Below are positions 31,053 to 42,386 of a stretch of 64,000 bases of DNA, piece after piece; the first letter of the stretch is position 1; every line of letters begins with the position of its first letter. A program made the translations under genes and the position numbers. The notes beneath the pieces were generated by a model that was not told where the DNA came from, made no database searches, and worked only from the letters and a program-made list of their open reading frames with translations. Location of the stretch: the NCBI GenBank assembly GCA_963727525.1, contig CAVSGO010000004.1:15178-79177 (forward strand). The letters run 5' to 3'. This DNA is from an uncultured bacterium (GTDB lineage Bacteria > Krumholzibacteriota > Krumholzibacteriia > LZORAL124-64-63).

Positions 31053-31215
31053 CGGCCAACCTTAACATCCCGGCCACGGGGCGGCCACCTCGATGTACCT
31101 CGAAGATTGTTGACGGCCGCCTGGCCAGTCGGGCGGTACAACGTTCTTCGTGGTACGAGGCGCGACATGTGGCATGAAGATCGCTATGATGGACCCAGCG
31201 CCAAGGAGGAACCAG

Positions 31216-31851
31216 GTGACGGCACACCGCCACCCGACAAGGCTGTCGCTACTCGTCGTGCTGGTGGCCGTAGCCGCCGGATGTGCCCCGAAACGGGTGC
31301 TACGCGACGGCCATGCGCTCGCGCCCGGTGAGGAGCCCTATGCCGTGGTCGTGCCGACGCCGACCCGGCCAGCGCTTTCCGACACCGTGGCGACGGCGCC
31401 CGCCCCCGCCACGCGTGTGCTCGCGGGTGGCCATGCTGACCTGCCGGCCCCGCGGGGCTACGAGGTCGTGACCGTGGCCCGTGAGCAGGTCGGGATTCCC
31501 TACCGCTACGGTGGCGCCAGTCCCCGGAACGGTTTCGATTGCAGCGGCCTCGTCCAGTGGACCTACGGGCGTATCGGCGTCGCCCTGCCGCGCACCGCGG
31601 CAGGGCAAGCGCGGGTGGGGCAACCGGTCGACCGCCATGCCCTGGAAGCGGGAGATCTGCTCTTCTTCGCCACCCGCGGCGGTGCATCCATCACGCACGT
31701 AGGCATCTATCTGGGAAAACAGCGCTTCGTGCATGCCCCGGGAACCGGCGATCACGTGCGGACGGATTCGCTGAACGACGCCTGGTGGAGGCAGCGCTGG
31801 AAGGCCACCCGCCGCGTCCTGGATACGGGATCGGCACAGGCCATGCGGTAG
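31216..31851 (+). CDS. NlpC/P60 (C40) lipoprotein
   Basis: AAGGAGG RBS, GTG start; AAGC lipobox; PYRYGG, FDCSG, GDLLFF, THVGIY, FVHA. Confidence 0.92.
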   Translation: MTAHRHPTRLSLLVVLVAVAAGCAPKRVLRDGHALAPGEEPYAVVVPTPTRPALSDTVATAPAPATRVLAGGHADLPAPRGYEVVTVAREQVGIPYRYGGASPRNGFDCSGLVQWTYGRIGVALPRTAAGQARVGQPVDRHALEAGDLLFFATRGGASITHVGIYLGKQRFVHAPGTGDHVRTDSLNDAWWRQRWKATRRVLDTGSAQAMR

Positions 31852-31979
31852 ATCTTTCCTCGTCGTGCGGGCGAATTCCCCGCCCCTGCCAAGAATTCCG
31901 ACTATAAAGATTGCCGCAAGTTCTTTTCATGGCGTGAGATTTCCGATTCATCACCGCACAGGTTTCGCAACCTCCGGCG

Positions 31980-31994
31980 TGGCACGCCGCTTGC
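31980..31994 (+). promoter_or_regulatory. Sigma54 (-24/-12) promoter of cheA operon
   Basis: TGGCAC-GCCGC-TTGC, exact consensus, ~80 bp before the cheA start, with an AT-rich tract upstream. Confidence 0.75.
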
Positions 31995-32075
31995 CCCCGG
32001 TCGGACGCAGACCGGTACCGTCCGTACCGGCGGTATCCGGCGCAAGATCGCGTGGGCCCAGGCAGGGGATGTTCC

Positions 32076-34742
32076 ATGAAGACCAAGGATGCGCGGACGC
32101 AGGCCGAAGAGGTTTCCCAGGCACTTGTCTTCGTCGACCCCGGCGATATCGGGAGCATCAGCCCCGTGGCGGCGTCGCTCGACGAGCTCGCGGACGCATT
32201 GCGCGCCGAGGGCCGCGATCGCGAGGCCGCAGCAGTGTCGGCGGCGGCCGGATTCGCACGCTCCTGCCTGGAATCCGGACAGATACTTCCGACCCTGCTC
32301 GAGGCCATCGGCAAGGCCGTCGAGGGGCTTCAGCTCTGTCTCGATGGGCATGCCACATTCGAAGAAGTTGCCGACATCCTGACCATCGACGGTGAGACCA
32401 CCGTGGGGGAGGGCGGCGACGCAGAGCCCGGCGATGGGACGACACCACCGGGGCTTACCGTGTCCACCATCGTCGACGAAGCCATCGTGAGCGAGTTCCT
32501 CGCCCGCCAGACCGACGCGATGCCGGACGTCGAGAAGCTCATCATGGCGCTCGAGAACGCGGCCAACGATGCGACGGCCGAGGAACTGAAGCGCTGGTTC
32601 CACACGCTGAAGGGTGAATCGGGGCTTCTCGGTTTGACCGACGTGGCCGAACTGTGCCACGCCACCGAAGACATGATGCAGGCCGAGCCCTTGCCGGTGT
32701 GTATCGACCGGCTCCTGGCGGTGAAGGACTGGATGCAGAGCACGTTCGACTACATCGCCAAGAGCGGACCTAATCCGGTGCCCGTGGCCGAGTTGCTGGC
32801 CGCGTTGCAGGAGACGGCGCCGGTCGTGATCGCCGCGGCAGATTCCGCGACGGCGACCCCCGCGTCCGACCACCTCGATCTGGCCGCCGTGAATCTGCCC
32901 GACTACACCGACCGTAGTCTGCTAGATGGCGATGTCGGCTTGATCCAGGACTTTATCGGCGAGTCGAACGAGCATCTCGACGCCGCCGAGGCGCACCTGC
33001 TGACGCTCGACGCCGACCCGCGCGAGGCCGAGGCGCTCAATGCCGTATTTCGCGGCTTCCACTCGATCAAGGGCCTGGCCGGGTTCTGCGAGCTCGACCA
33101 CATCAAGGAACTGGCGCACAAGGCCGAGAACCTCCTCGACATGGCGCGCAAGGGCGAGATCGACCTCGCTGGCGGCATGATGGACCTGGTGTTCGAGTCG
33201 GTCGACCTGATGAAACGGCTGGTGGAGGAAGTCGCCAAGGCTCTTGCCGGCAATGGTTACCTGACGGCCGAGGACCGGCTACCGCGCCTCATCGTCCGGC
33301 TCGGCGCGGCGACGAGCAGCGAGGCCATCGCGGCCGCGCCGCGTCGCGAGACGCCCCCGGCGCCGCCACCCGAGCCCGCGCCACTCGCGGCGGGCACGGC
33401 GGGCAAGAGCGGATTCATCCCGCTCGCGAACCTGAAGAAGAAGGCGTCCCCCGCGGCGGCACCAGCCCAGCCGGCGCCGGTCACGAGCGGGCCGCCGCGC
33501 GCCGCCGGCGCGAACCAGGGCGTGAAGGTGAAGGAGGCGATGCGTGTCGACGCCGAGCGCCTCGATCGCCTCATCGATACGATCGGCGAGCTCGTGATCG
33601 CCGAGTCGATGGTGAGCCAGAATCCGGAAGTGCGTCACGACATGTCCGTGAAGCTGGCCAAGGACCTCGACCATCTCGATAAGATCTCCCGCGAGCTGCA
33701 GGAGATCGGCATGTCCCTGCGCATGGTGCCCGTGCGTCCGGTGTTCCAGAAGATGGCACGCCTGGTACGCGACCTCGCGAAGAAGACAGACCGCCATATC
33801 GAGTTCGTGATGTCGGGCGAGGATACGGAACTCGACAAGAACGTGGTCGACAAGATCGGCGATCCGCTCGTACACATGGTGCGCAACGCCGTGGACCACG
33901 GCATCGAGGATTCGGCCGCGGCCCGTCGCGCCGCCGGCAAGTCCGAGATGGGGCGCATCGAGCTGCGGGCGTTCCACAAGGGCGGCAATATCGTCATCGA
34001 GATCGAGGACGACGGCCGTGGGCTCAACCGCGAACGCATCCTGCAGAAAGCCTACGAGCGCGGTCTGCTGCGCGAGGGCGACGTGCCTTCGGATCGCGAG
34101 ATCTTCAACCTCATCTTCGAACCGGGTTTCTCCACTGCGAAACAGGTGACCGACATCTCCGGCCGCGGCGTCGGCATGGACGTGGTGCGACGCAACATCG
34201 AGGAGTTGCGCGGGACGTGCGAGATCCAGTCGTTGCCGGGCAAGGGTTCGGTATTCAGCGTGAAGCTGCCGCTGACGTTGGCGATCATCGAGGGCATGGT
34301 CGTCAGCTGCGCCAAGGAACATTACATCATTCCTACGCTGTCGGTGGTGCGCCTGATCCGGCCGCAGGCCGACGACATCTTCAACATCTTCGACCGGGGC
34401 GAGATGCTCGCATTCGCGGACGAGCACCTGCCGCTTTTCCGGTTGCACCGCCTCTTCGATCTGACGACCGAGCATACCGACCCCACGCAGGCCGTGGTGG
34501 TGGTGGTGGAGGACGAGGGACGACGGATCGGACTGCTCGCCGACGACCTGCTCGGCCAGCAATCGATCGTCATCAAGAGTCTCGGCGAGTCCATGCAGAC
34601 CACCGAGGGCGTCGCCGGCGGCGCCATCATGTCCAACGGGACGGTGGCCCTGATCCTCGACGTGGCCGGACTCATCCGTGTGGCCCACGCGAACAACACG
34701 ACAGGCACCGGCGTCGGCGAGACGTCGGCGACCGCAGATTGA
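32076..34742 (+). CDS. cheA: Chemotaxis histidine kinase with two Hpt domains
   Basis: WFHTLKG and GFHSIKG Hpt motifs; RVDAERLD, HMVRNAVDHGIE, DDGRG, SGRGVGMDVV, LPLTLAI, CheW-like domain. Confidence 0.96.
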   Translation: MKTKDARTQAEEVSQALVFVDPGDIGSISPVAASLDELADALRAEGRDREAAAVSAAAGFARSCLESGQILPTLLEAIGKAVEGLQLCLDGHATFEEVADILTIDGETTVGEGGDAEPGDGTTPPGLTVSTIVDEAIVSEFLARQTDAMPDVEKLIMALENAANDATAEELKRWFHTLKGESGLLGLTDVAELCHATEDMMQAEPLPVCIDRLLAVKDWMQSTFDYIAKSGPNPVPVAELLAALQETAPVVIAAADSATATPASDHLDLAAVNLPDYTDRSLLDGDVGLIQDFIGESNEHLDAAEAHLLTLDADPREAEALNAVFRGFHSIKGLAGFCELDHIKELAHKAENLLDMARKGEIDLAGGMMDLVFESVDLMKRLVEEVAKALAGNGYLTAEDRLPRLIVRLGAATSSEAIAAAPRRETPPAPPPEPAPLAAGTAGKSGFIPLANLKKKASPAAAPAQPAPVTSGPPRAAGANQGVKVKEAMRVDAERLDRLIDTIGELVIAESMVSQNPEVRHDMSVKLAKDLDHLDKISRELQEIGMSLRMVPVRPVFQKMARLVRDLAKKTDRHIEFVMSGEDTELDKNVVDKIGDPLVHMVRNAVDHGIEDSAAARRAAGKSEMGRIELRAFHKGGNIVIEIEDDGRGLNRERILQKAYERGLLREGDVPSDREIFNLIFEPGFSTAKQVTDISGRGVGMDVVRRNIEELRGTCEIQSLPGKGSVFSVKLPLTLAIIEGMVVSCAKEHYIIPTLSVVRLIRPQADDIFNIFDRGEMLAFADEHLPLFRLHRLFDLTTEHTDPTQAVVVVVEDEGRRIGLLADDLLGQQSIVIKSLGESMQTTEGVAGGAIMSNGTVALILDVAGLIRVAHANNTTGTGVGETSATAD

Positions 34743-34763
34743 GCGCTCATGGAGGTAGCAACG

Positions 34764-35264
34764 ATGTCCACCGAAACGCAGCTGGCCATCCTGGCCAAGC
34801 CCGGAAAGTATCTCTCGTTCGTTCTCGGACGCGAGGAGTACGGACTGGAGATCCTGAAGGTCCAGGAGATCATCGGCATGATGACCGTCACCAAGGTGCC
34901 TCGAACGCCGCACTTCGTGCGCGGTGTTCTGAACCTGCGTGGTCGGGTGATCCCGGTGGTCGATCTGCGCGGCAAGTTCGCGATGGCGTCCGTCGAGGAC
35001 ACCGAGAAGACGTGCATCATCGTCGTCCAGGTCAGCCAGAACGATCTCACCGTGACGATGGGCATCATCGTCGACGAGGTGTCGGAGGTCCTGAACTTCG
35101 CGGTCGACCAGATCGAACCCGCGCCCAGCTTCGGTGGCGGCATGGAAGCCGCCGACTACATCACAGGTATGGGCAAGCTCGGCAAGAAGGTCGTGATCCT
35201 GCTCGATGTCGACCGCGTGCTTTACGGCGAGGAACTGGCCGCGATCGCGCACGCGGCCCAGTAA
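34764..35264 (+). CDS. cheW: Chemotaxis coupling protein
   Basis: YLSFVLGREEYG, VQEII, GVLNLRGRVIPVVDL, GIIVDEVSEV. Confidence 0.96.
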   Translation: MSTETQLAILAKPGKYLSFVLGREEYGLEILKVQEIIGMMTVTKVPRTPHFVRGVLNLRGRVIPVVDLRGKFAMASVEDTEKTCIIVVQVSQNDLTVTMGIIVDEVSEVLNFAVDQIEPAPSFGGGMEAADYITGMGKLGKKVVILLDVDRVLYGEELAAIAHAAQ

Positions 35265-35314
35265 TCTCCCCAACCGCTTCCGCGGCGCGCAGGCGAACCA
35301 CGGAAGCCAGGCGG

Positions 35315-35848
35315 ATGGAGCGAGCATTGTCGAATCTCCTGCAGGAGCGCCGAAAGATCACGCCGGGGGTGAAGACCATCACGGTCGATATCTCGGACAT
35401 GAAGGTGTCCGACGATCCGGACACCATTCTCGTCACCTACTCGCTGGGTTCGTGCGTGGGGGTCTCGGTCTACGACCCGGTGGCCGGGGTGGGGGGCATG
35501 ATCCACTGCATGCTGCCCCTTTCCAAGATCGACGAGACGAAGGCCAAGGCGCGTCCCTACATGTTCGTGGACACCGGCGTGATCGCGATGCTCACTGCCG
35601 TGTATGCCATGGGCGGGCAACGTCAGAACCTCGTGGCGAAGGTTGCGGGCGCCGGTTCGCCCCTGGGCAAGGAAGAGACCTTCCGCATCGGCCAGCGCAA
35701 CTACACGATCCTGCGCAAGCTGCTGTGGAAGAACAACATCCTCATCGACGCCGAGGACATCGGCGGCGCATCTGCTCGCACGATGTATCTCTATCTGCGC
35801 GATGGCCTGACCACGGTCAAGAGCGGCGGCAAGGAAGTGCCCCTATGA
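35315..35848 (+). CDS. cheD: Chemoreceptor glutamine deamidase
   Basis: SLGSCVGV, GMIHCMLP, AKVAGAG, IGQRN, EDIGG. Start 35315 or GTG 35369. Confidence 0.93.
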   Translation: MERALSNLLQERRKITPGVKTITVDISDMKVSDDPDTILVTYSLGSCVGVSVYDPVAGVGGMIHCMLPLSKIDETKAKARPYMFVDTGVIAMLTAVYAMGGQRQNLVAKVAGAGSPLGKEETFRIGQRNYTILRKLLWKNNILIDAEDIGGASARTMYLYLRDGLTTVKSGGKEVPL

Positions 35849-36735
35849 CACGACGCGACGAGATTCTCGCCCAGGTGAAATCCGTACCCTCGCTGCCCGC
35901 CGTGGTGGTGAAGCTGCGCGAGTACCTGGATGATCCCGAGGTCAACTTCAACGATCTGGCGCGGGTCATCGAGGTCGATCCGGGCCTCACCGCGAACGTC
36001 CTTCAGCTCGCCAACTCGGCCTATTTCGGCTGGCACGGTTCGATATCCTCGGTGCGGGATGCGATCAGCCGCCTTGGCACGAAGCGCATCTTCCAGATGG
36101 TGCTGTGCATGTCGGTGGCGCCCATGGCGCGCCGCCCGGTCAAGGGCTACGATCTCACGAGCGACCAGCTCTGGGATCACAGCATCGCCGTGGCGATGTG
36201 CTCCGAGCAGCTCGGTTACAAGCTGCAGCTCGCGTCCGCCATGCAGGCCTTCACGGCGGGTCTCCTGCACGACCTGGGCAAGGTCATCCTGGGGACGTTC
36301 GTCGAGATCGACGACGAGCCCATCAAGGAGATCATGGAATCCGACGATCTCTCCTTCGACCAGGCGGAGCGCATGGTGCTGGGAATCGACCATGCGGAAG
36401 TCGGTGCCCACCTCATGCAGGACTGGAATCTGCCCGAGGACGTCGTGGCGGCGACGCGCTGGCATCACGATCCCGCGACGAACGACACCTGGCATCAGGA
36501 GATGGTGGATCTCGTGCACTGCGCGGACGTGATCTGCATCAACGTGGGCTGGGGCGGCGGTGTCGACGGGCTCCACTATCGCCTCGACGAGGACGCGGCA
36601 GGCCGACTCGGTCTCAATGTCCGTATCGCCGAGGACGTCGCGGCGAAGGTCATGATCGGGCTGCAGGAGCTGAAGGCCCTGTTCACTCCCAGTACGGAAG
36701 GGAATACTCATGGCGTGCAACATTCTGCTCGTTGA
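35845..36735 (+). CDS. HDOD domain protein
   Basis: PSLP, DPGLTANVLQLANS, LWDHS, GLLHDLGK, IDHAEVG, WNLP, WHH. Confidence 0.93.
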   Translation: MTRRDEILAQVKSVPSLPAVVVKLREYLDDPEVNFNDLARVIEVDPGLTANVLQLANSAYFGWHGSISSVRDAISRLGTKRIFQMVLCMSVAPMARRPVKGYDLTSDQLWDHSIAVAMCSEQLGYKLQLASAMQAFTAGLLHDLGKVILGTFVEIDDEPIKEIMESDDLSFDQAERMVLGIDHAEVGAHLMQDWNLPEDVVAATRWHHDPATNDTWHQEMVDLVHCADVICINVGWGGGVDGLHYRLDEDAAGRLGLNVRIAEDVAAKVMIGLQELKALFTPSTEGNTHGVQHSAR

Positions 36736-37091
36736 CGATTCGGCCACGGTGCGGGCCGTGATCAAGAAAGCTCTCCAGCTCTCGGGGGTCGACGTCGGCG
36801 AGTTGCACGAGGCCGCCAATGGCCGCGAGGCCCTGGATGTCCTCGATCAGCAGTGGGTCGATCTCGTCTTCGCCGACATCTGCATGCCGGTGATGGACGG
36901 AGAGGAGTTCGTGGACGTTCTACGGGAACGCGGCGCCCTGGATACGTTGCCGGTGGTCGTCGTGTCGTCCGCAGGTAGCGAACCACGAGTCTCGCGGCTT
37001 CGCGAGAAGGGTGTGCGGGACTACATCCAGAAGCCATTCACGCCGGAGCGCATCCGGGAAGTCGTGGACCAGGTGATGGGGGTGAAGAATC

Positions 37092-37102
<11 letters not shown>
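36710..37102 (+). CDS. CheY-like single-domain response regulator
   Basis: LVDDS, ADICMPVMDG, VSS, IQKPF. Confidence 0.92.
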
Positions 37103-38608
<1,506 letters not shown>

Positions 38609-38697
38609 GTATCCCGACGCAGTTCTTCCACGATGGCACACGGGCGAGACCGGCCCCGGGGGATTCCTGGACCGGTCGACCGGCGCGTGGGGACGGG

Positions 38698-39180
38698 TCA
38701 GCGGCTGAGCAAGCCGAGCGTTGCCACCCCGAATGGCGTCTCGCCTCTCAGGTCTACCCGGCGGCTCGGATTCAGGATCCAGGCCGCATCGCTGCCGGCC
38801 TGAGGAGCCGTATACAGCTCGGGCTCGCTGGGTGTGACGTGAGGGTTCATCTCGATCCGATTGAGCATGCCGCGTAGGTTGTTGAAGACCTCGCCCAGGC
38901 CGTCGAGTACGGCATCGGACGCCTTGCCCTGCGTCTTCATCCCCATGAGCGTGGGCGCGGGCATCATGATCAGTTCGCCACCCAGGTAGAGCGAGGCCGC
39001 GAGATCCGAGACGATGGCGCCCTCGATGGCTCCGCCGGCCCCTTTCAACCAGGTGATGTAGGTACCGCGCGGCGGTACCGCGAGGTCGATGCCCGGGCCG
39101 TCCGCCAGGGGCGGACGCTCGCCGATGAACATGCTCAGCAGATCGAGAACGGCTTTGGTATCGGGAAGCGCGAGCGTCAC
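38698..39180 (-). CDS. CheC/CheX-like protein of the cheY cassette
   Basis: LPDTKAVLDLL start; GLGEVFNNL ExxN-type motif; operonic with upstream genes. Confidence 0.55.
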   Translation of the reverse strand: MTLALPDTKAVLDLLSMFIGERPPLADGPGIDLAVPPRGTYITWLKGAGGAIEGAIVSDLAASLYLGGELIMMPAPTLMGMKTQGKASDAVLDGLGEVFNNLRGMLNRIEMNPHVTPSEPELYTAPQAGSDAAWILNPSRRVDLRGETPFGVATLGLLSR

Positions 39181-39183
39181 GGT

Positions 39184-40248
39184 TCAGCCCTCCTGCCAGA
39201 TGAGAATCACGTGAATGACCAGACCATCGGGACCGTTGAGGCTCTGGGAGAGCCCGCGCAGCCCGCAGGCGAAGAATTCGATGCAGCCGCGCCCTTCCAT
39301 GAAGAGCGGCAGGCCGAGCTGGACGCGCTCGCCGGCCTCGAGGCGTTTGGCCTTGAGCACGCCAGCGGCGACGTTGACGAGCTCGCCGAGGCCGTCGGCG
39401 AGGTCGTCGAGTTCGGGCTCCTCGTCCGCGTCCATGGCAAAGAGCACGCGCGTGAGTTGGTTGCAGCTCGAGCGATCAGCCATGACGGCGAGGTTCCAGC
39501 CTCCGCCGACTTCCGTCGTCAGGGCGATCGAACTACCGAAGTCGACTTTTGCCTCGCGCGGGTCGCTGGGATCGCTCTGGACGTCGAGCTTCAACCCGAC
39601 TTGGACGTCGCAGGTCGTGATGGTGGCTTCCACCGCTTCCTGCAGAACCGTGATAGGTAGCGACTCGGCCACGTCCAGGGGCTCGCTGGTCTGCGTCGTC
39701 ATGGGGAAGTTCCCTCCTGTCGGGTCACCGCTCTGCCAGATCAGAATCACCTGCATTTCCTGTCCATCGGGATCGCGCAGCTTCTGCGCGATGGCGTTGA
39801 CACCCTTCGAGAAGAACCGGATCCAGCCGCTGCCGCGCATGAAGATCGGCAGCCCGAGCTGGTAGGACTCGTCCCGTTTCTTGCGGAACGTCTTCCAGAG
39901 ACCGGCGGCGACGTTGGGGACCTCGACGAGCGAGTCCGCCAGATCACAGAGAGCCGGTTCCGTATCGGGGTCGAGGTCGAGAGCGAGGGTGGCGATCGAC
40001 CGGGTCGCGGCCTCGCTGCATACCACGGCGAAATTGAAGAGCGTGCTCGGGCTGGTCACGGCGATCGTGCTGCCGTAGTCGCTGGCCCCGAGGTCAGGCG
40101 CGCCCGGCATGCCGACGGGGGTGACCTGCCAGCCGAGCTGGATCGCGAAGGTCTGTCGGGTGGCTTCCACCGCGTCGCGCAACGCATCGAGCTTCGACAT
40201 CAGGTCGAGCTGCAGGGCAGGCGTGATCTGTGTGGAGGGTTGCGTCAC
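39184..40248 (-). CDS. Tandem double CheX-like domain protein
   Basis: Two homologous halves: SLVEVPNVAAG..LGLPIFM..VILIWQ and GLGELVNVAAG..LGLPLFM..VILIWQ; GTGA overlap with upstream gene. Confidence 0.8.
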   Translation of the reverse strand: MTQPSTQITPALQLDLMSKLDALRDAVEATRQTFAIQLGWQVTPVGMPGAPDLGASDYGSTIAVTSPSTLFNFAVVCSEAATRSIATLALDLDPDTEPALCDLADSLVEVPNVAAGLWKTFRKKRDESYQLGLPIFMRGSGWIRFFSKGVNAIAQKLRDPDGQEMQVILIWQSGDPTGGNFPMTTQTSEPLDVAESLPITVLQEAVEATITTCDVQVGLKLDVQSDPSDPREAKVDFGSSIALTTEVGGGWNLAVMADRSSCNQLTRVLFAMDADEEPELDDLADGLGELVNVAAGVLKAKRLEAGERVQLGLPLFMEGRGCIEFFACGLRGLSQSLNGPDGLVIHVILIWQEG

Positions 40249-40607
40249 GAGACGAATGCCCCCAGGACCTGGCCCATGTCCTCGGCCGTGAAGGGCTTGG
40301 CGAGCAGGAACATGGCGCCCGCCTCGGTGGCGGCCTCCACCATATCGCCCGTGCTCTCCGAGGTGACGAAACCGAACGGGATCTCGATCCCCTTCGCGTT
40401 CAGCTCGCGCAGGAACTCGATACCGGTCATCTCGGGCATGTGCCAGTCCGACAGGATCAGATCGGGCTTCTCGGCGTCGACGACGGTGAGAGCCTCACGC
40501 CCATTCTCGGCCTCGACGATATCGTGACCGGTGTAACCTGCCTGGCGGATGGTCCGCGACACGATGCGCCGCATGGCGCGGCTGTCGTCGACGACCAGGA
40601 TCTTCAT
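40245..40607 (-). CDS. CheY-like response regulator
   Basis: MKILVVDDS, SDWHMPEMTG, FVTSE, AKPF; GAGGAGG RBS. Confidence 0.93.
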   Translation of the reverse strand: MKILVVDDSRAMRRIVSRTIRQAGYTGHDIVEAENGREALTVVDAEKPDLILSDWHMPEMTGIEFLRELNAKGIEIPFGFVTSESTGDMVEAATEAGAMFLLAKPFTAEDMGQVLGAFVS

Positions 40608-40664
40608 GGTGGCCTCCTCTGCGAGTCTCGCGATTGCTCCCGGGGGGCGCGCCCCTGCGATGCG

Positions 40665-40691
40665 ATTTCGGCCGGCACCAGATGGGCTTTA
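40665..40691 (-). promoter_or_regulatory. Sigma28 (FliA)-type promoter of the cheY-cheX cassette
   Basis: Minus strand TAAAG, spacer, GCCGAAAT (TAAA-N15-GCCGAAAT). Confidence 0.7.
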
Positions 40692-40727
40692 CTGAAAATC
40701 CCGACGACGGGATTGGTGGACGGGTTT

Positions 40728-41948
40728 CTAGCGGCGCGGGTTCTTGGGCATGGCGGAGTCGGGGGTTACCAGGTAGCGGACGGACGCGGCGCAAGCCTCG
40801 CGGACGGCATCCGTGAGCTCCATCCGCTCCGATAGTTCGGCAAGCATCTCCGGTCTGGCCGCGAGCACCGGCCGCGGCGAGCGGATCGAGCAGCAGTCGC
40901 GGTAGGGCTCGATGGAGGTGGTGTAGGCGCCGATCTCTTTGCTGATTGCGGTGATCTGTACCTTGTCCATGGCGATCAACGGGCGAAAAACCGGCAACGC
41001 GAGGTCCGGGCCGATGGCGGCGAGGTTGTGCAGCGTCTGGCTCGCCACCTGCCCGAGGCTGTCGCCGGTGACCAGCCCGAGGCAGTGCTCCCGGCGGGCG
41101 ATCGCGTGGGCGGTCTTGAGCATGAAGCGCCGGAACATCACCATGTCGTAGGGATCCGAGATGGCCTCGACGGCACGCACCTCGTAGGGCACCACCGGCA
41201 CCAGCCAGAGCGTGAGCGGGCTGGGGGAATACCGCGCCAGGATCTGCGCGAGCGCGATGATCTTGCCCGTGTCGGCCTCTTCCGCGGTGCGGCCGGTGTG
41301 GATGTGGACGAGGATCGGTCGACAGCCGCGTTTCATCAGCGACCAGGCGGCGACGGGCGAGTCGATGCCGCCCGAGAGCAGGCAGGCCACCCGGCCGCTC
41401 ACGCCCACCGGCAGGCCGCCGAAGGCCGGAACCTTGTGCGTGGCGATGAGATACCGGTTACGTAGTACGAGTACGTGGACCGTGAAATCAGGCTGGCTCA
41501 TGCGCGCGGGCAGCTTGATGGCATCGCCCACGGCGTCGCCGACGATGCGATTGATTTCCATCGACACGTAGGGGAAACTGCGGTCGCTGCGACGGGTGTC
41601 CACCTTGAAGGTGCGCGCGTCGCCCACGTCCTGCACTGCGCGCTCTGCGGCCGCGGCGGCGACCCGGGCAAGGTCGCGGTCTGGGTCGTCGCGGGGTATC
41701 GACACGGTGGGAGCGATCCACTGCAAGCCGAAGACCCGCCGGAGCTTGTCGGCCACGGCGTCGGCGCGCTGCGGGTCGTCCAGGCGGATCAGGAAGCGAC
41801 TCTCGACGTGGTTGATGCCGGCGATGGGTTCGCCGGCCAGGGCCGCGCGCATGTTGTTGAGCAGGCGGCGCTGGAACGCCGGCCGGTTCTTGCCCTTGAG
41901 AGCGATCTCGGCGTAAGTGGCGACCAGCACCGGCGTGGGGAAACTCAC
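40728..41948 (-). CDS. thiI: tRNA 4-thiouridine synthase (no rhodanese domain)
   Basis: YAEIALKGKNR, THUMP, GGLPVG, LLSGGIDSPVA, TGDSLGQVASQT, RPLIAMDK, DCC. Confidence 0.95.
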   Translation of the reverse strand: MSFPTPVLVATYAEIALKGKNRPAFQRRLLNNMRAALAGEPIAGINHVESRFLIRLDDPQRADAVADKLRRVFGLQWIAPTVSIPRDDPDRDLARVAAAAAERAVQDVGDARTFKVDTRRSDRSFPYVSMEINRIVGDAVGDAIKLPARMSQPDFTVHVLVLRNRYLIATHKVPAFGGLPVGVSGRVACLLSGGIDSPVAAWSLMKRGCRPILVHIHTGRTAEEADTGKIIALAQILARYSPSPLTLWLVPVVPYEVRAVEAISDPYDMVMFRRFMLKTAHAIARREHCLGLVTGDSLGQVASQTLHNLAAIGPDLALPVFRPLIAMDKVQITAISKEIGAYTTSIEPYRDCCSIRSPRPVLAARPEMLAELSERMELTDAVREACAASVRYLVTPDSAMPKNPRR

Positions 41949-42141
41949 GGTTGACTCCTGAACGGTCTTGGTTGACGACGATCTCGCGTCGGATGGCATT
42001 GAAGCCACGGCTGGGGCATGGCATCTTCTCCCGGAACGGGAGAATCTAGCAGGCCGCTCGCCGCGGTCGCAATATCGCACGCAAATGGACGACTCGCGAA
42101 ACGGACGACACGCCACCGGACAGGACGCGTACGGAGGAAGC

Positions 42142-42360
42142 ATGATGACGACCGTTCACGGTATCTCCCTCGACATCGCGTGCGGTGTACCCTGCCTCGC
42201 TCCGGAACTCGAGCGCGGCTCGCCAGAGGCGATCGGCGCATTGCTTCACCTGTTCGAGAAGGCGGTGGCGTTCGGCGGCCGCTGGCTCGGCGTGAGCCAG
42301 TTCGATCAACCGGGCGTGGAGGCGTACACGCGCGAGATGCGACGCCTGCTCGGATGCTAG
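42142..42360 (+). pseudogene. pgi: Collapsed glucose-6-phosphate isomerase remnant (72 aa)
   Basis: GGAGG RBS; GVP..IGALLHLFEKAVAFGGRWLGVSQFDQPGVEAY..M..LLG matches the PGI C-terminal signature (FDQPGVExxK) with Lys replaced by Thr; most of PGI is missing. Confidence 0.7.
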
Positions 42361-42386
42361 GTCACGAATTCAAGGAGGGGTGCGCG

